A DNA stretch of 63,604 bases, filler included, from Lophium mytilinum (lineage: Eukaryota), in assembly GCA_010093605.1 (NCBI GenBank). It is 11 parts of 5 records of this genome, joined end to end, with 100 filler letters (N's around TTAATTAATTAA, not from the genome) between each part and the next. Parts side by side here need not be neighbours in the genome. Positions count along the whole stretch, not along the records: positions 36,548 to 57,597 come from MU004193.1; 10 more parts are not named here. One strand, 5' to 3'. Positions 41,260 to 54,156 of this stretch are shown piece by piece. Below the pieces are notes generated by a model. The model saw only the letters and a list, made by a program, of their open reading frames with translations, ran no database searches and was not told the DNA's origin. Each line of letters starts with the position of its first letter. Positions within the stretch are counted from its first letter, which is position 1. The position numbers and the translations under genes are program-made.

Positions 41260-44200
41260 CTATAGTTACGGTCTATAATATAATAAGAACTTAGTTATAG
41301 AGAATCTTTAGTATAGAAGGCTTATTATTTTAGTAGCCTCTCTTAGTAAAGCCTAATAGAAACTATTTTAAAATAAAGATAGAGGATTTAATATTAAGCG
41401 GGTAAATAATATAGTTCTTTTAGCAATAGTATAAACCTATAAGAAAGAACAACCTATAGAAATAATAAAAATTAATTCTTATCTTAATTATAGAGCTACT
41501 AATCTATTTACTAGTACTAAGTTTATATACTTAGTAAATTTACTCTTAAAACCCCTTAAGAAAGCCTAAGTTTTTAAACTAGCTAATAGATTAGCTATTA
41601 CCTAAAAAGTAATATATAAAGCCCTTCTTAGTATAGATATAAATAGCTATTAGAGTTATTACTAGGCCTATATTACTAACCTTAGAGACTATAATATTAT
41701 AATAGGCCTTAACTAGCTATAAGATTATAATCTAGCTATTAACTAGAAAGTAGGCCGTCTAGATTTTATTTATTCTTATTATAAACTATACTAAAACTAT
41801 ATATACTATTTTAACTATAACTCTATTACTATATAGACTAATAGTATGCGCCCTAAAGATATACCTAATAAATACGTAAACTATAACTCTACTAACTAGA
41901 GACCTATTAGTATAGATATATATATATATATAGCCTCTATTACTAAGTATAAAGAATAGTAACTTAAATAAATTTCTTACTATATCTTAGAAACCCTAGA
42001 AAATAAGAATAAGAACTTTATTATTACTTATAATAGCCTATAAGTTATTATATTCTATACAGGTAATAATATTCTACTTAAAGCTTATAAGATCTCTGCT
42101 AAAGATATTAAAAAATTTATGCGCGTTAAGAAACACCTCTTTTATAAGGAGATAGTTTAATAACTATTTAAATAACTACACCGCTATATCTATATCTTTA
42201 ACTAAGTAGAAGTAAATACGCTTCCCCCCTATTAACTAGAAATTAATTATAAAATTAACCTTATTTCTAGCGCCGATAAACTACCTAAAGCCCGTCTATA
42301 CGCTATATCTAAAGAAGAGCTTAAAGTTATTAAGAGATAGATTAATAATAACCTTAATAAAGGGTTTATTTATAAGTTATAATTATCTACATCCTCTTCT
42401 ATACTCCTTATCTAGAAACCGGGCGGTAGAGTCTAATTCTGCGTTAACTATAGAGCTATTAATATAATAATAATTAAAACTTAATATCTATTACTACTAG
42501 TCTAGGAAACCCTCTAAAAGCTTAGTAATACTAAGTAGTACTCTAAACTAGATATTATATCTATATTTAATTATATCTAAATGCGTAAGAGAGATAAAGG
42601 CCTTATAGCCTTTTCTACTTACTAAAGCTAATATAAATTACTTATTATGCTATTTAGTGTTATAGGGGGCCCTGGCCGCTTTTAATTCTATATTAATTAA
42701 ATACTATATAACTACCTTAATAACTTCTATTCTATTTATATAGATAATATCTTAGTCTATATAAATAGTATAAAAGAATAATATAAAAAGTATATTACTA
42801 AAGTCCTTAAATAACTTAATAAAGCCGGCCTTAACTATAACTTTACTAAATGCAAATTTAATAAAATAGAAAATAAATACCTAGGCCTTATTATTATAAT
42901 AGGCGGCGTCTAAATAGACCCTAAGAAAGTCGCCGCTATTATTAACTAGATAATACTAACGTGTCTACGCAATATATAGGCGTTTTTAGAATTTACTAAC
43001 TTCTATTAATATTTTATATACGCGTTCTTCTATATTATTAGCCTGCTTACGTCTATAATAAAGACTATAGATAGTAAGAAGACTAAGCTTAAAGTGTAGT
43101 TTACTTAGAATAATAAATATAATACTACTTTCTAAGCACTTAAGACGGCATTTACTATAGCACCTATTCTTTACTACTTTTAATATAGTAAGAAGGTCTA
43201 TATTAAAACTAACGCCTTAAACTATATTACTGCTAGCGTTATATTATAAGAAGGTAAAGACGGCTTACTCTATTCTATTACCTTCTTTTTCTCTAAAATA
43301 AACCTCTAGAAATATAACTATAAAATCTATAATAAAGAGTTACTTACTATTATTAAAGCCTTTAAAGAATAGAGGCCTAAACTAGCTAGTGCTAACCTAG
43401 ATAATTCTACTAATATACTTATAGATTATTATAATTTAGAATACTTTATATCTATAAAATACCTTAACTGCCGCTAGGCCTATTAGGCCGGTTTCCTTAC
43501 TAGGTTTAACTTTAAAATTATCTATTAACCGGGTATTCTAGAAGGGAAACCTAATAGCCTTACTAGGCGTTTATAAGACCTTTCTATAGATCTAGATAAT
43601 CTATATTATTAATTTTAATACTAAATAGTTCTTAAATCTTATAACTTAGGCCTAGGTATTATACTAATATAGTATTTACTAAATGTTAACTTAAGCTTAT
43701 CTAATAACGGCCTAGGCCGCACGCTAAATCTAATTAGGCTAGTGCCCTACTATAAAGAGTTAGACCTATTAATAGCTATAGAGTTACTACTATTAAAGAT
43801 ATACTCTTAATTTCTTTTTATACCTATATAACTGCGCAGTTACATGCATAACTCTAACCCTAACTCTAAACCTAACCCTAACTCTAACCCTAACCCTTCT
43901 CTTGCGGCTAACCTTTCTAAGAATAATAATAATCTTTATATAGAACCTAATCTAGTTTAATAATATATACTTACTAATCTATTTAATAAAGGCTACTTTA
44001 GCTAACTATTTAAACTACTCTTTAACTCTATACTCTATAAACTTATTACCCTTATATATAATAGTAAGCGCGCACTTTCTTAATCTCTATATAATATTAT
44101 TAGTAACCTAGATATCTTAGAATTTAAAATCTACTATAATTAATTATATTACTACAGCTAATTATATATACCTGCGTATAATAATTTACGCCTTAAGCTT

Positions 44201-45680
44201 CTATAGCTTACCTATAATACTACTATTAGTAGTTACCCTAGAAAGCATAGTATATATAAATTTATCTAATATTACTACTTCTAGCTAGGGATATGTAATT
44301 TAGTTAAGAACTATACTAGCGCCTACTATAGTTATAAATAGTTAAAAGCCTTCTATAATAAGAAATAAGGACTTCTATATTTACTTAATATACTAGAATA
44401 GCGTTAGACTAATATTACTATAGACTTTATTACTAAGCTCCCTTTCTATAAGCGTAATAGTTAAATCTATACTAAAATCCTTATTATTATCTATTGCGCT
44501 AGTAAGAAATGTTACTATATTTCTATAAGCGGCACCTCTATCTATAATATTATTAATACTTTTCTCTATAAGATCTACTATCTATATAGCCTCCCCCGTA
44601 TTATTATTAGTAATTATAATCTGCGCTTTATCTTAGATATTTAGAAATAAGTCTATAAGTGCCTTAGCATCTACTAGAATATTTCTATAGCCGCCCACCC
44701 TAAGACTAATAGATAGATAGAAAATATAAACGCTATTATAAAGGCCTATTTTAGGTAATTTATTAATTACTACTAGAATAACTAGGTTAATTACTTACCT
44801 ATTAGCGAATTCTTAGTAAATAACTAAGTTAATACTTTAACTATAATAACGCCTTTCTTTATTAATAAGGGTTTTTACCCGCGTTCCGGCCTTAAGCCTC
44901 TACTAGGCGCAATAAATAATACCGCTTTTAACCCTCTACCTACGCCCGCCCTTAATACTAACGCTGCTATCTATTACTATTAGCTTAAAGATAATAGGTA
45001 TATTAACTAGATAAAGGAAATTCTAAATAAATGTAAGGCTATAATAATATAGGTATAGACTAAATAGGTAGACTATATAAATTAATACTATAATTCTCTA
45101 CTAAAGCTCTAAGTTAATAACTAGGTATAGCTTAATACCCGTAATATTAAGACTACCTAACTAAACAAGTTATTTAATTATAAGAACCTTAGCCCCTTCC
45201 GCATTACTAAGATTATTAATAATAGCTATGCCTTCTAGCTTAACTTTATAAATATAAGCCTTAAAGGCTTTTAAATGCACCCTATCTTCTATCTATACCT
45301 TCTTTATCTTAATAGGTCCTATCTACTACTAGGCTAATGCTAGCTACTACTACCTCCTATTTAGATAATTAATCCTATTACCTTTAAATTAGTTAAATAA
45401 CACGCGATTACGCGCATTATTAATAGCCGCTAGCGCGGCCGCGGGCTAAAAGAACGCCGCTACCTTAAATATAAAGAACTTTATAAAGAATACTCTATAC
45501 TATAGAAATAGTAACTATAGAAATAATTTATACCTAAAGCCGCGGATCTAATTAGTAAATTCTATAACCTTAACTCTAACGCTAATAGCTCTTATCTAGA
45601 CTTTAAACTAAATAATAATTAGCGCGCGCGCCTTACTAATAATAATAACCTTAATAATAATCTTACCGCTAACTATTTAT
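41260..45680 (+). pseudogene. G2 pol (aspartic protease, RT, RNase H, integrase, chromodomain)
   Basis: De-RIPed LDCGAT (about 41483), KPGGGVRFCVDYRAIN (about 42416), YMDDILVY (about 42737), ETDASDY (about 43205), YEIYDKELLAII (about 43319), H..GHPG...C..C (about 44213-44335), ITMDFITKLP (about 44414), TAAHPETDGQTE (about 44687), NLGPFRI (about 45185), and chromodomain I..IIDSR...Y...Y.....WQPW (about 45400-45580). Confidence 0.92.
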
Positions 45681-46054
45681 AATTATAATTACTCTATACT
45701 AAGCTATATCCTTATCTTTATATAATTACCTCGCCGCACCTCTATACCGCAATTAATAGCCTTATATAGTTTATTACAACTTTATATATAATAACTATAA
45801 TAAGATTAGAATTCTTAGCTATATAAAGTAGGCTAAGCTATTATAATAGAAAAGCTCTTATAAGTAACGCCTTAAGTATACTAGCTTCTTATATATTAGT
45901 ATATAACTAATAATTAGCTAAACTATACTATATAATTTACCGTACTAGATAACTACTTATATTCTTATATTTAAACCCGATAAGGCCTATAATACTATTT
46001 TCTTTTTCTTTTTCTTTTTATTCTTTCTTCTAGCGTTCTTAAACGGGGGGGTAG

Positions 46055-46283
46055 TATAATAGATTACGCCCTATTTTCTATTACTAGCCTTCTACCTCTA
46101 TACCTATTATATTACCTAGCGCTATCTATATGCTAGCCTACTTAGTGCCTATACGCCTTTCTCTTCTCTATATATATAGTTTCTTTCTAGAAGCCTCTCT
46201 TTCTACTCCTTATATAACCTCTTAAAATTAATCTATCTAGTTACTTTATACTATCTAGGCTTCTCTATACTATAACTATAATA
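46055..46283 (+). repeat. G2 3' LTR
   Basis: Follows the PPT and matches 38308-38536. Confidence 0.93.
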
Positions 46284-46988
46284 TATATAATATCTTCTAC
46301 TCTTACCTTCTTTATCTATTTAAATCTAGGCCTATACTAGAATAAAACCTACCGCTACCCCCGCCTATATAGGTTATTAACCCCTATAGAATAACTAATA
46401 ATAAATAAAATTACATTAATATATTACTAATTAATTTTATTATAGATAGCTACTAGCTATAACGCAGCCGCTATAGATATAAATTATAATACTACGCCTA
46501 GTATAAAGGTTATACTAAGCTATAGATATAGTAGAACTAGACTAACTTTAGTAAATATAGCGCTAATAAGCTTATTAGTAAATTCTATTACTACTACCCT
46601 AACGCCGACGGCCCTTATCTAGATTTTAGGCCTAACCCTAATTAGTAATAAGTTTTTAATAAGCGCGCGCTTAATCTCTATAATATATATATTTATTAGC
46701 TGCAACTCTATATATATATCTTACGTAGTAATATTATAATATTATTTATAACTTAACTAAGACCTAAATTCTCTACTATACCTAGCTAGCTAAGCTATTT
46801 TAATAGAAACGCCTATCTTTATAATGCTATAAGCACGCCCCTTTTTTATATAATTTCTATTTAATTACTTATAACTATATTTTCTTAGTATTTATTTTTT
46901 TAGTCTATAGCCTTACTATATAGCCTTTTCTTTCTATATAGCCTTTCTTTCTCTATAGCCTTTCTTCTTTCTATTTTAGGGGGGGTAG

Positions 46989-47190
46989 TATAATAAATCT
47001 AGCTCTATATATATTATATACCCTTAGCTATATTATATAAGCCTATGCGCTAGTATAGTTTTATACCTCTAGCCTATATTTAGTCTACGCCGCGTAGAAC
47101 CTCTACTTCTACGCGACTTTATCTTTATAAATACACTCTATTTCTTACTTAATACTATACTCTATACTTTACCTTTTATAGTCTATAATA
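46989..47190 (+). repeat. G1 3' LTR
   Basis: Follows the PPT, matches 34751-34952, and is followed by the CCTAC TSD. Confidence 0.92.
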
Positions 47191-47195
47191 CCTAC

Positions 47196-50100
47196 TTCTA
47201 ATATACTATTAAGCTGCTACTTATTCTAGTTATCTATTAGTAATAATAATAACTCTACTAGAGAGACCCCTTTAAACTCTACTTAGTATTAAATAGGCTC
47301 TCTAAATACTATTCTCTAGAAGAATAGGGCTAGTAAGTATAGCTAAAATATATTAACTTAGAGCGCTACTCTAAAACAGCCTTAGAAGAATAATAATAGC
47401 TATTCTAGTAGTAGTAGTAGCTATAGAAGTTCTAGTAGAAGGAGTTCTAGTAGTAGAATAGCTATCTAGAAGAACTAAAAGTATATTAGCTTAGCTAGTA
47501 TTAATAGAAAAGTATTAATTTTCCCTCCCCTTCTAGATATAAAAAGGGTTAAGTATAATAGAAGTATAAGCTTAGCTTAGTTAATCTCTAATATAGGTTC
47601 TTAAATTTATTATCTTTTTAATTCTCTAAAGATAAAATATAGTTAAATAAGTAATAATAAAGAATTAAATACTTAAATCTAAATTAATAAAGAAAATCTA
47701 GATAATAAATATATAGAGTTCTTCTAATACTCTATTAGCTTAGAATAGAAGCGCTATTTAAGCTCTCTTACGCTTTTTTCCGCGCAACTCTATATTAAGA
47801 GCTTAGGTGGGTTATATTATAGGTGCTCTAAAATTACTATTTAAATTTAACTTATAATTACTACTAGTATTTTTATTATCTTTAATATCTATTATACTAG
47901 TATTACTACTAGAAAAGCTCTCTAATTAAATATTAGAGTTAGTATTCTTATCTAAGGACTTATTATTTATATATATTTTAGTATTCTTAGCTTTTAAGTT
48001 AATCCCTTTATTCTATAGCTCTATAGTATTATTAGTTTAAATAATAGTATTACTTCTTAGCCGCATAATAATAGTATCCCTATTATACTTATTATTATCT
48101 TAGTGCGCAGTATTAGGTAATTAGGTAATAGTATTTATACTCTTAGGTATTCTATTACTATCTTAAGCTAATTTTAATAGCTTTCTATTATTAGTATCTA
48201 TAGCTAGCACTAATACATTATTAGGTTATTCTATAAGTGCTGCGTAATTACTAGTTCCCTATAAAATATTAAGCTTATCTTAACTTATCTCTAGCTTATA
48301 TATATAAACTTTCTAATAGGCATTTATAGTAGTCTTACCTGCATCTTTATATTATATAACTATAAAGCTAGTAACCTATACTAGTATAATAGTTAATTAA
48401 CCCTTCTTAGGTCTCTTTTTTTTAGTAGCCTATTAGTCTCTCTTAAAAACTCTCTTTTTAAAATCTCTTAGTATACAATATAGCTTTAGTTTAGGCAGTT
48501 TCTAAGTATTCTTCTCCTCTTTCTAGAAGAGCTCCGCGCCCTTATACTACTATTTTAATTAGTACTTAGTAATCTTCTAATTCTATTTTACTTTAGAAAT
48601 TATAGTAAACTTAGACTATAGCTTTCTATTAGTATTATCTATATCTAATATATCCGCAATAGTATTATTACTAGGTTTAATTTCTTCTTAATATGTAGCA
48701 CGCTCTTTATTAGTATTATTAAAATCCTCTTAGTTCTAAAGTACTTAGTTATCTTCTAATATATTATTAGAAGGTTCTAAGCTATATTTAAAGTCTTCTT
48801 AGTTCTAAAACTTTATATAAGTATTAATGCATGTATTTACTAATCTATTACTATAAATAAGGTTCTTTAATACTTAATTAGTAGGCATTTAAAGTGTATA
48901 GGTACTAAGAGAATAAGTAGTAATAATCTTAAATAGACTAAACTATTTTACTCTAAATTTCCTCTTAACCTTATTTTAAAGAAGTATCTAGAAACTAATC
49001 TTTTATTAAGTAACTAGGTACTTCTTAGATAGAGGTTATAGATTCTATAGGCCTACTATAATTACTTTCTTTAGTAGCTAATTTTCTACTAGTACGCGCG
49101 TGTATTAAACTTTTCTAATACAGGCTAAATAATACTTTAATTTAGCTTCTTTATCTATAGTCTTATTAAGAGCTAGTACTAAAGTATTATTAGGTACTTA
49201 AGGATGTCTACTATATATAAGGTAGTAGAGAGTATAGCTATAAAAGGTATTTTAAGTATATATTATATATACTATAGCCGGCAACTAGGTATTCTATATA
49301 GCTATATCTTAATTAATTATTAGCTTTATAAGAATATTCCCTAAGACTCTATTAAGCCTCTCTATCTTACTATTTACCTAAGGGTAATATAGTATTATAA
49401 TATTATAGTAAGTCTTAATAAGCTTTTATAGTGCTATAATAACTTTAAAAAGAAAGTTTAAACTATTATTAAAAGTAAACACTACTAGAAGTCTATACTA
49501 GTAGTAGATTCTTTTATAGATAAATATTACTATAGTCTTAGCTTAAGTATTAAAAAGCGCTATAGCTTTAGGCTAACCTATAGCGTAATTAATAGTAATA
49601 ATAATCTAGTAATTTCTATAAATTAATTATAGTAATCTACTAATTAAATTAATGCCCTATTTATTAAATAGATTTTAATCTTTAATCTAATAAAATATTA
49701 GTTTATAAATAATCTTTCCCTTCTATACTAGCTAGTATAAGGTATACTTATAAGCGTATTTATTAGTATTATAACTTATTATTAGCTACTAGCTATATAC
49801 TTATAGGGCCTCCTGCATACCGCGGTATATAAAGTAGCCTAGCCGGTAGGTTCTATTAAAAACCTATTAATAATAGAAAGGTATAATATATAGTATAGTA
49901 TTCTTAAAAGTATATAGATCTAAATTACTATTAGGTTTATAGAAGTAATAGTATAGTTCTTCTTTTAGAATTATAAAGTTCTAATATAGAGATAGATAGA
50001 TTCTTTAGTAGTAAAGCTAGTATTATTTTAATTTAGCCTCTAATAGCTATTTAGAGAGAGTAGGCTTAAGGCCTATTATAAAAAACTTCTTTAAATCTTA

Positions 50101-52357
50101 AATATACTCTATATTAGGATCTTTATACTTAGAGAGGGCTATAAAGTATTCTTAGGTAAAATTAAAGCGCCTACTAATTGCGTCTAGTACTATTATAAGG
50201 GCTTTTAAGTAATACTATATTATAGAGTTATACTACTAGAAATCCTTAATTTATTAAGTAAGCCTTAGTAAGGCTTTCTTAGTAGTTTATAGATATTATA
50301 ATAAGTAGTAATTAGTTATAATTATTAATTCTTTCTCTTAGATATAGTATTACTAAATCCTAAGTACTTCTTTAATTACTAGAAGTTCTTTTTTATAAAC
50401 TAGATAGTTTAATTTAGCTTTATTAAGCTTCTAACTATTAAATATAATAGGGTGCTACTTGCCGTCTTCTTCTTATTAGAGAAGGACTATTTTAATAGTA
50501 AAATTAAAAGCGTCTATTTTAATCTAAAAGGGCTTTAACTAGTTAATAAGGGCGAGTATAGGGCGTTTAATAAGCTTTTACTTAAGGGAGTTAAAAGTAA
50601 TTTAATAGCTAACATTCTATATAATAGCTTAGTACTTTTTCTTTTATATTATAGCGTTGCTTTCCTTTAGAAGCTTATAGAGAGGTGCTAATATATAGGT
50701 AAAGTTTTTAATAAACTTTTAATAGTATATTACTAGTCTAATAAACTATTAGACCTTATAGATATTAGTAGAAATAGGCTAATACTAAATAGCGTCTAGT
50801 TTATTAGTTATTAGTTTTATAGTTCTATAAGAAACTATATAGCTATAGAACTTAATAGTTTCTTAAGTAATTAAGTACTTATTAGTTTTAGTAAATAGTT
50901 ATTTCTTTTTAAAAGCTTTAAATAATAATTAGAGGTAGTTAAGATACTCTTTTAATATTTCTAAAAATACTATAATATTATCTATATAGATAAGTATAAA
51001 TTAATATAGATATAGTTATAAGGTATTATTTATAATAGCTTAAAAGGTAGTAGAAGCGTTATAAAGGCTAAAAGGTATAACTAGAAATTTAAATTTTTCT
51101 TTAATTATATTAAAAGTAGTCTTATAGATGTCTAATTAATAAACGCGCAGCTAGTAATATCTAGAGGTTAGATTAATTTTAGTAAAGAATCTAGCCTTCC
51201 TAAATAACTATAAGTAGTTATTAATGCGTAGTAGGGGGTAGGTATTTTTCTAGGTTACTAGATTAAGTGCTCTATAGTTAATATATATTTACTACTTACT
51301 ATTTAGCTTTAGAATAAAAAGAACTAGAGATTTCTAGGTACTAATAGACTCTTAGATAAGGCCCTATTCTAGTAGCTTATAGATCTATTAGGTCTATTCT
51401 TCTATTTAATAATATAAGAGGCAGTATATAGTATTATTTACTAGCTTTATATTTCTAGTATTAATTAGANNNNNNNNNNNNNNNNNNNNNNNNNNNNNNN
51501 NNNNNNNNNNNNNNNNNNNNNNNNNNNNNNNNNNNNNNNNNNNNNNNNNNNNNNNNNNNNNNNNNNNNNNNNNNNNNNNNNNNNNNNNNNNNNNNNNNNN
51601 NNNNNNNNNNNNNNNNNNNNNNNNNNNNAAGGTAATAGAATTAGTAAAGAAGTTAATAATAGCTTAGTATTACTATAGCTAGGTTATACTAAGAATATAT
51701 TAATACTCTTTAAGGTCTAGAATATATATAGTTAGAGTACCTAATAGTATATAGATCTTAAATAGAATCTCTAAGGCTTTTATACTAATTATAGTTATAT
51801 CTAAGAAGAGTTTAACTACCTTAGAAGCTATTATTTTAATATTCCTTAGCTAATATTAAGTATGCTTTAATAATATATAGATAGAATTAGCGCCATAGTT
51901 AATTAAGAAGGTAGTTTTTTTCTAATAGTTAGATAGTTCTAAAGTTCCCTTATATTCTAAAAGATATTTACCTAGGGAGTTAAGGTAGTAGATTCTTTCT
52001 TCTATTAATTTAATAATAATTTAGTTAGAAGAATTATTAAAGGGCGGCTAATTCTTTTCTATTATAAGTTTATAAAAAGTAGAAATCTTATCTTTTAGAT
52101 TAGTTAGTTACTTTAAGGCTACTAACCCTTCTAGTTTTCTAATAGCTTCTTAGCTAGCTAAGTATAGTTACGTTTAATATAGCCCTTCTTACTATAATTA
52201 TAGTACTTACGCGTATTAGTATTCTATTAAGTATTACCTTTACTATATCTACTATAGCCTTAACTATATTTTTAAAATCTAGTAGTATTTCTACCTTTAA
52301 AGGTATTAAGTTTAGTATTATCTTTAGTATCTAGATATTTATATTTATTAGGATTAA
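47196..52357 (-). mobile_element. Ty3/Gypsy element G5 (distinct integrase type), internal region from gag end to 3' region; host of the G1 and G4 insertions
   Basis: Minus strand de-RIPs to CYNCGKKGHIKRNC (about 52165-52207), FLIDCGAN (about 51883-51907), ARFFTKIDLTSGYYQLR...LVMPFGLCNAPATFQ...VYMDDIIVF (about 50965-51200), ETDASDF (about 50503-50522), VPDAISRR (about 50168-50190), WGIDLIGRLP..GNYWII..IDYATGWPEA (about 49565-49660), and KWFGPFKI (about 48925-48950). Confidence 0.88.
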
Positions 52358-54156
52358 TATTATAGTATAATATAGAATTATAATAGAAAACTAATAGTAT
52401 TAAGTATATAATAAAGTAGCTATAAGAAGAGAGAGAGTAGAGCGCGGAGCGCCGGCCGAGAGGTAGGTAAGGCTGGCGCTAAGTAAGGTTATATAACAGT
52501 GGCACGTAATAGAGGCTATATAATACTATTACTTATAATAGAAATATATTATAATAAGAATTATATTATAGCTATAATACTACCCCCCTTTAAAAGAAAG
52601 CTATATATATATAGCCTTTCTATTTTAGTATATATACTTACTATAAGATAGTTCTTTTTCTTAATTCTTTTTATAAATTATCTTATAGTTATATAAATAG
52701 AAAAGTTATAATAGGTACGCGCTAGGCCTTAGATATAAGGTTAGTAATATAGTTAATTTTACGTATATTACTAAGCTTTATTCGCGCAGTCTACGCGGTA
52801 TAGCGTTATCTAATTTATATAAATTAGTAATAGCTTAGCTAGCTAGTACTAGTTAAGTTAGTAAGATAGAAGATAGGTATTATCTATAGAGCGTTATTAT
52901 AATTAGGGCGAGTAGTAGCTCTTAATATTTAGGCTTCTAGAAGAACTTATAGAGTTCTTTTACTTTTAGGTAGATATAGTAATAGTCTATAATAATATTA
53001 TAGTAGTTAGTAATACTAGTATAGAATTTCTATTAAGAATTAGTATTCTATTTAGGGTAACTAGTATAAAGAATCTTATACTAAAGTAGGTCTTTTTAGT
53101 TTATAGCTAGGTTAAGTATAGCGTTATTAATGCGTAAGTTAACTATTTTATTAACATTCTATTACTTATAGCCTTCTTTATTAATTTTAACTAGTTCTAG
53201 TTTCTACTAGACTTATTCTTCTAGCGGCTTATAAGTAATATAATAGAGTAGCTATAGATAGAAGATATTAAATACCCCCTTTATAGTATATAGAAGGGCT
53301 AATTAGTAAGTAGCATTATTAATAACCTTAGTAATTTTAAATAGACTAAGTTATTTATAGTCTAGTAACTTATTTAGGCGCTAAGTCTTAATATTACGCG
53401 CGTTTAATATAACTTAGTTACTAACTTTAAATTCTATAGCTAGTTTTTATTTACAGTTAGTAAACTCTTTCTATCTAGCTTATATCTAAATTAATTTATT
53501 ATAGAGAAAGAGATAGAGATTATTTAGTTACTTAGTAAGTATATTAGCTTTCTCTCTAAGGGCCTTCTATAGTTCTTTAGCTATAGAGTTATTAGCTAGC
53601 TTAAAACTAGAATATAGATTATATTCTTTTATAGTAATAAAGGGGGAAACGCCTATAGTTATCTTATCTAAATTAGCTTTAAACTTAGTAATAGGTAAAA
53701 GGTTAGCCTAGTTATTCTACTTATAATTAACGTACGCGCGTAAATATTATTTAAGGGCTATATTAGTAATTTCCGTTTATCTATTTATTTTAGAGTAGAA
53801 GATAGTAGAAAGCTTTAGCTTTATTTCTATCTAAGTATATAGTTATTTCTAGAAATATAATATAAATTAAGGTCCGCAGTTAGAAATAATAGAATATAGG
53901 TATTTTTCTTCTTACTAGATCTATTTAATAAACGCCTATATAATATCTTTAGCCTCTATAGAGTCTATAGCTATAAACTTTCTCTTCTTTAAGAATTAAT
54001 TAATAATAACTATAATATATTTAAGCTTACGTTTCTATTACTTATAGATTAGTAAGGGGGTAATAAAGTCTATAGAGATATAATACTAATATTAATCTAG
54101 AATAGGTAGGGGGTAGAGTAGTTCTTATTTACTCTTTTAAGAGTATTTAGATCTTT
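52358..54156 (-). mobile_element. Ty3/Gypsy element G4, 3' part (integrase core, PPT, 3' LTR about 52358-52579)
   Basis: PPT complement CTACCCCCC at 52580-52588 abuts an LTR-like end. Minus strand de-RIPs to ISMDFITPL (about 54055-54082), STAFHPE.DGQTEIANAALEQYLRAYVNY (about 53725-53810) and LGLFKI (GPF-like, about 53335-53352). The LTR left boundary is inferred from where G5 gag stops. Confidence 0.82.

Larger units (their letters stand above)
38308..46283 (+). mobile_element. Full-length Ty3/Gypsy chromovirus G2 (7976 bp), 229-bp LTRs, TATAT TSD
   Basis: LTRs at 38308-38536 and 46055-46283. TATAT at 38303-38307 and 46284-46288. PPT GGGGGGGTAG at 46045-46054. Domain order is gag-PR-RT-RH-IN-chromodomain. 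Confidence 0.95.
34751..47190 (+). mobile_element. Ty3/Gypsy chromovirus G1 with 202-bp LTRs and CCTAC TSD, interrupted by G2; protease/RT fall in the assembly gap
   Basis: LTRs at 34751-34952 and 46989-47190. CCTAC flanks both ends (34746-34750, 47191-47195). PPT GGGGGGGTAG precedes the 3' LTR. Integrase motifs ITMDFI (about 37483) and STAFH.ETDGQTE (about 37752), and a chromodomain-like C-terminus (about 46400-46620). Confidence 0.92.

Noticed and set aside
43848..43897. True telomere or chromosome-fusion scar
   Set aside because: It is degenerate, short, in frame within a continuous Gypsy pol, and explained by RIP of GAC codons.
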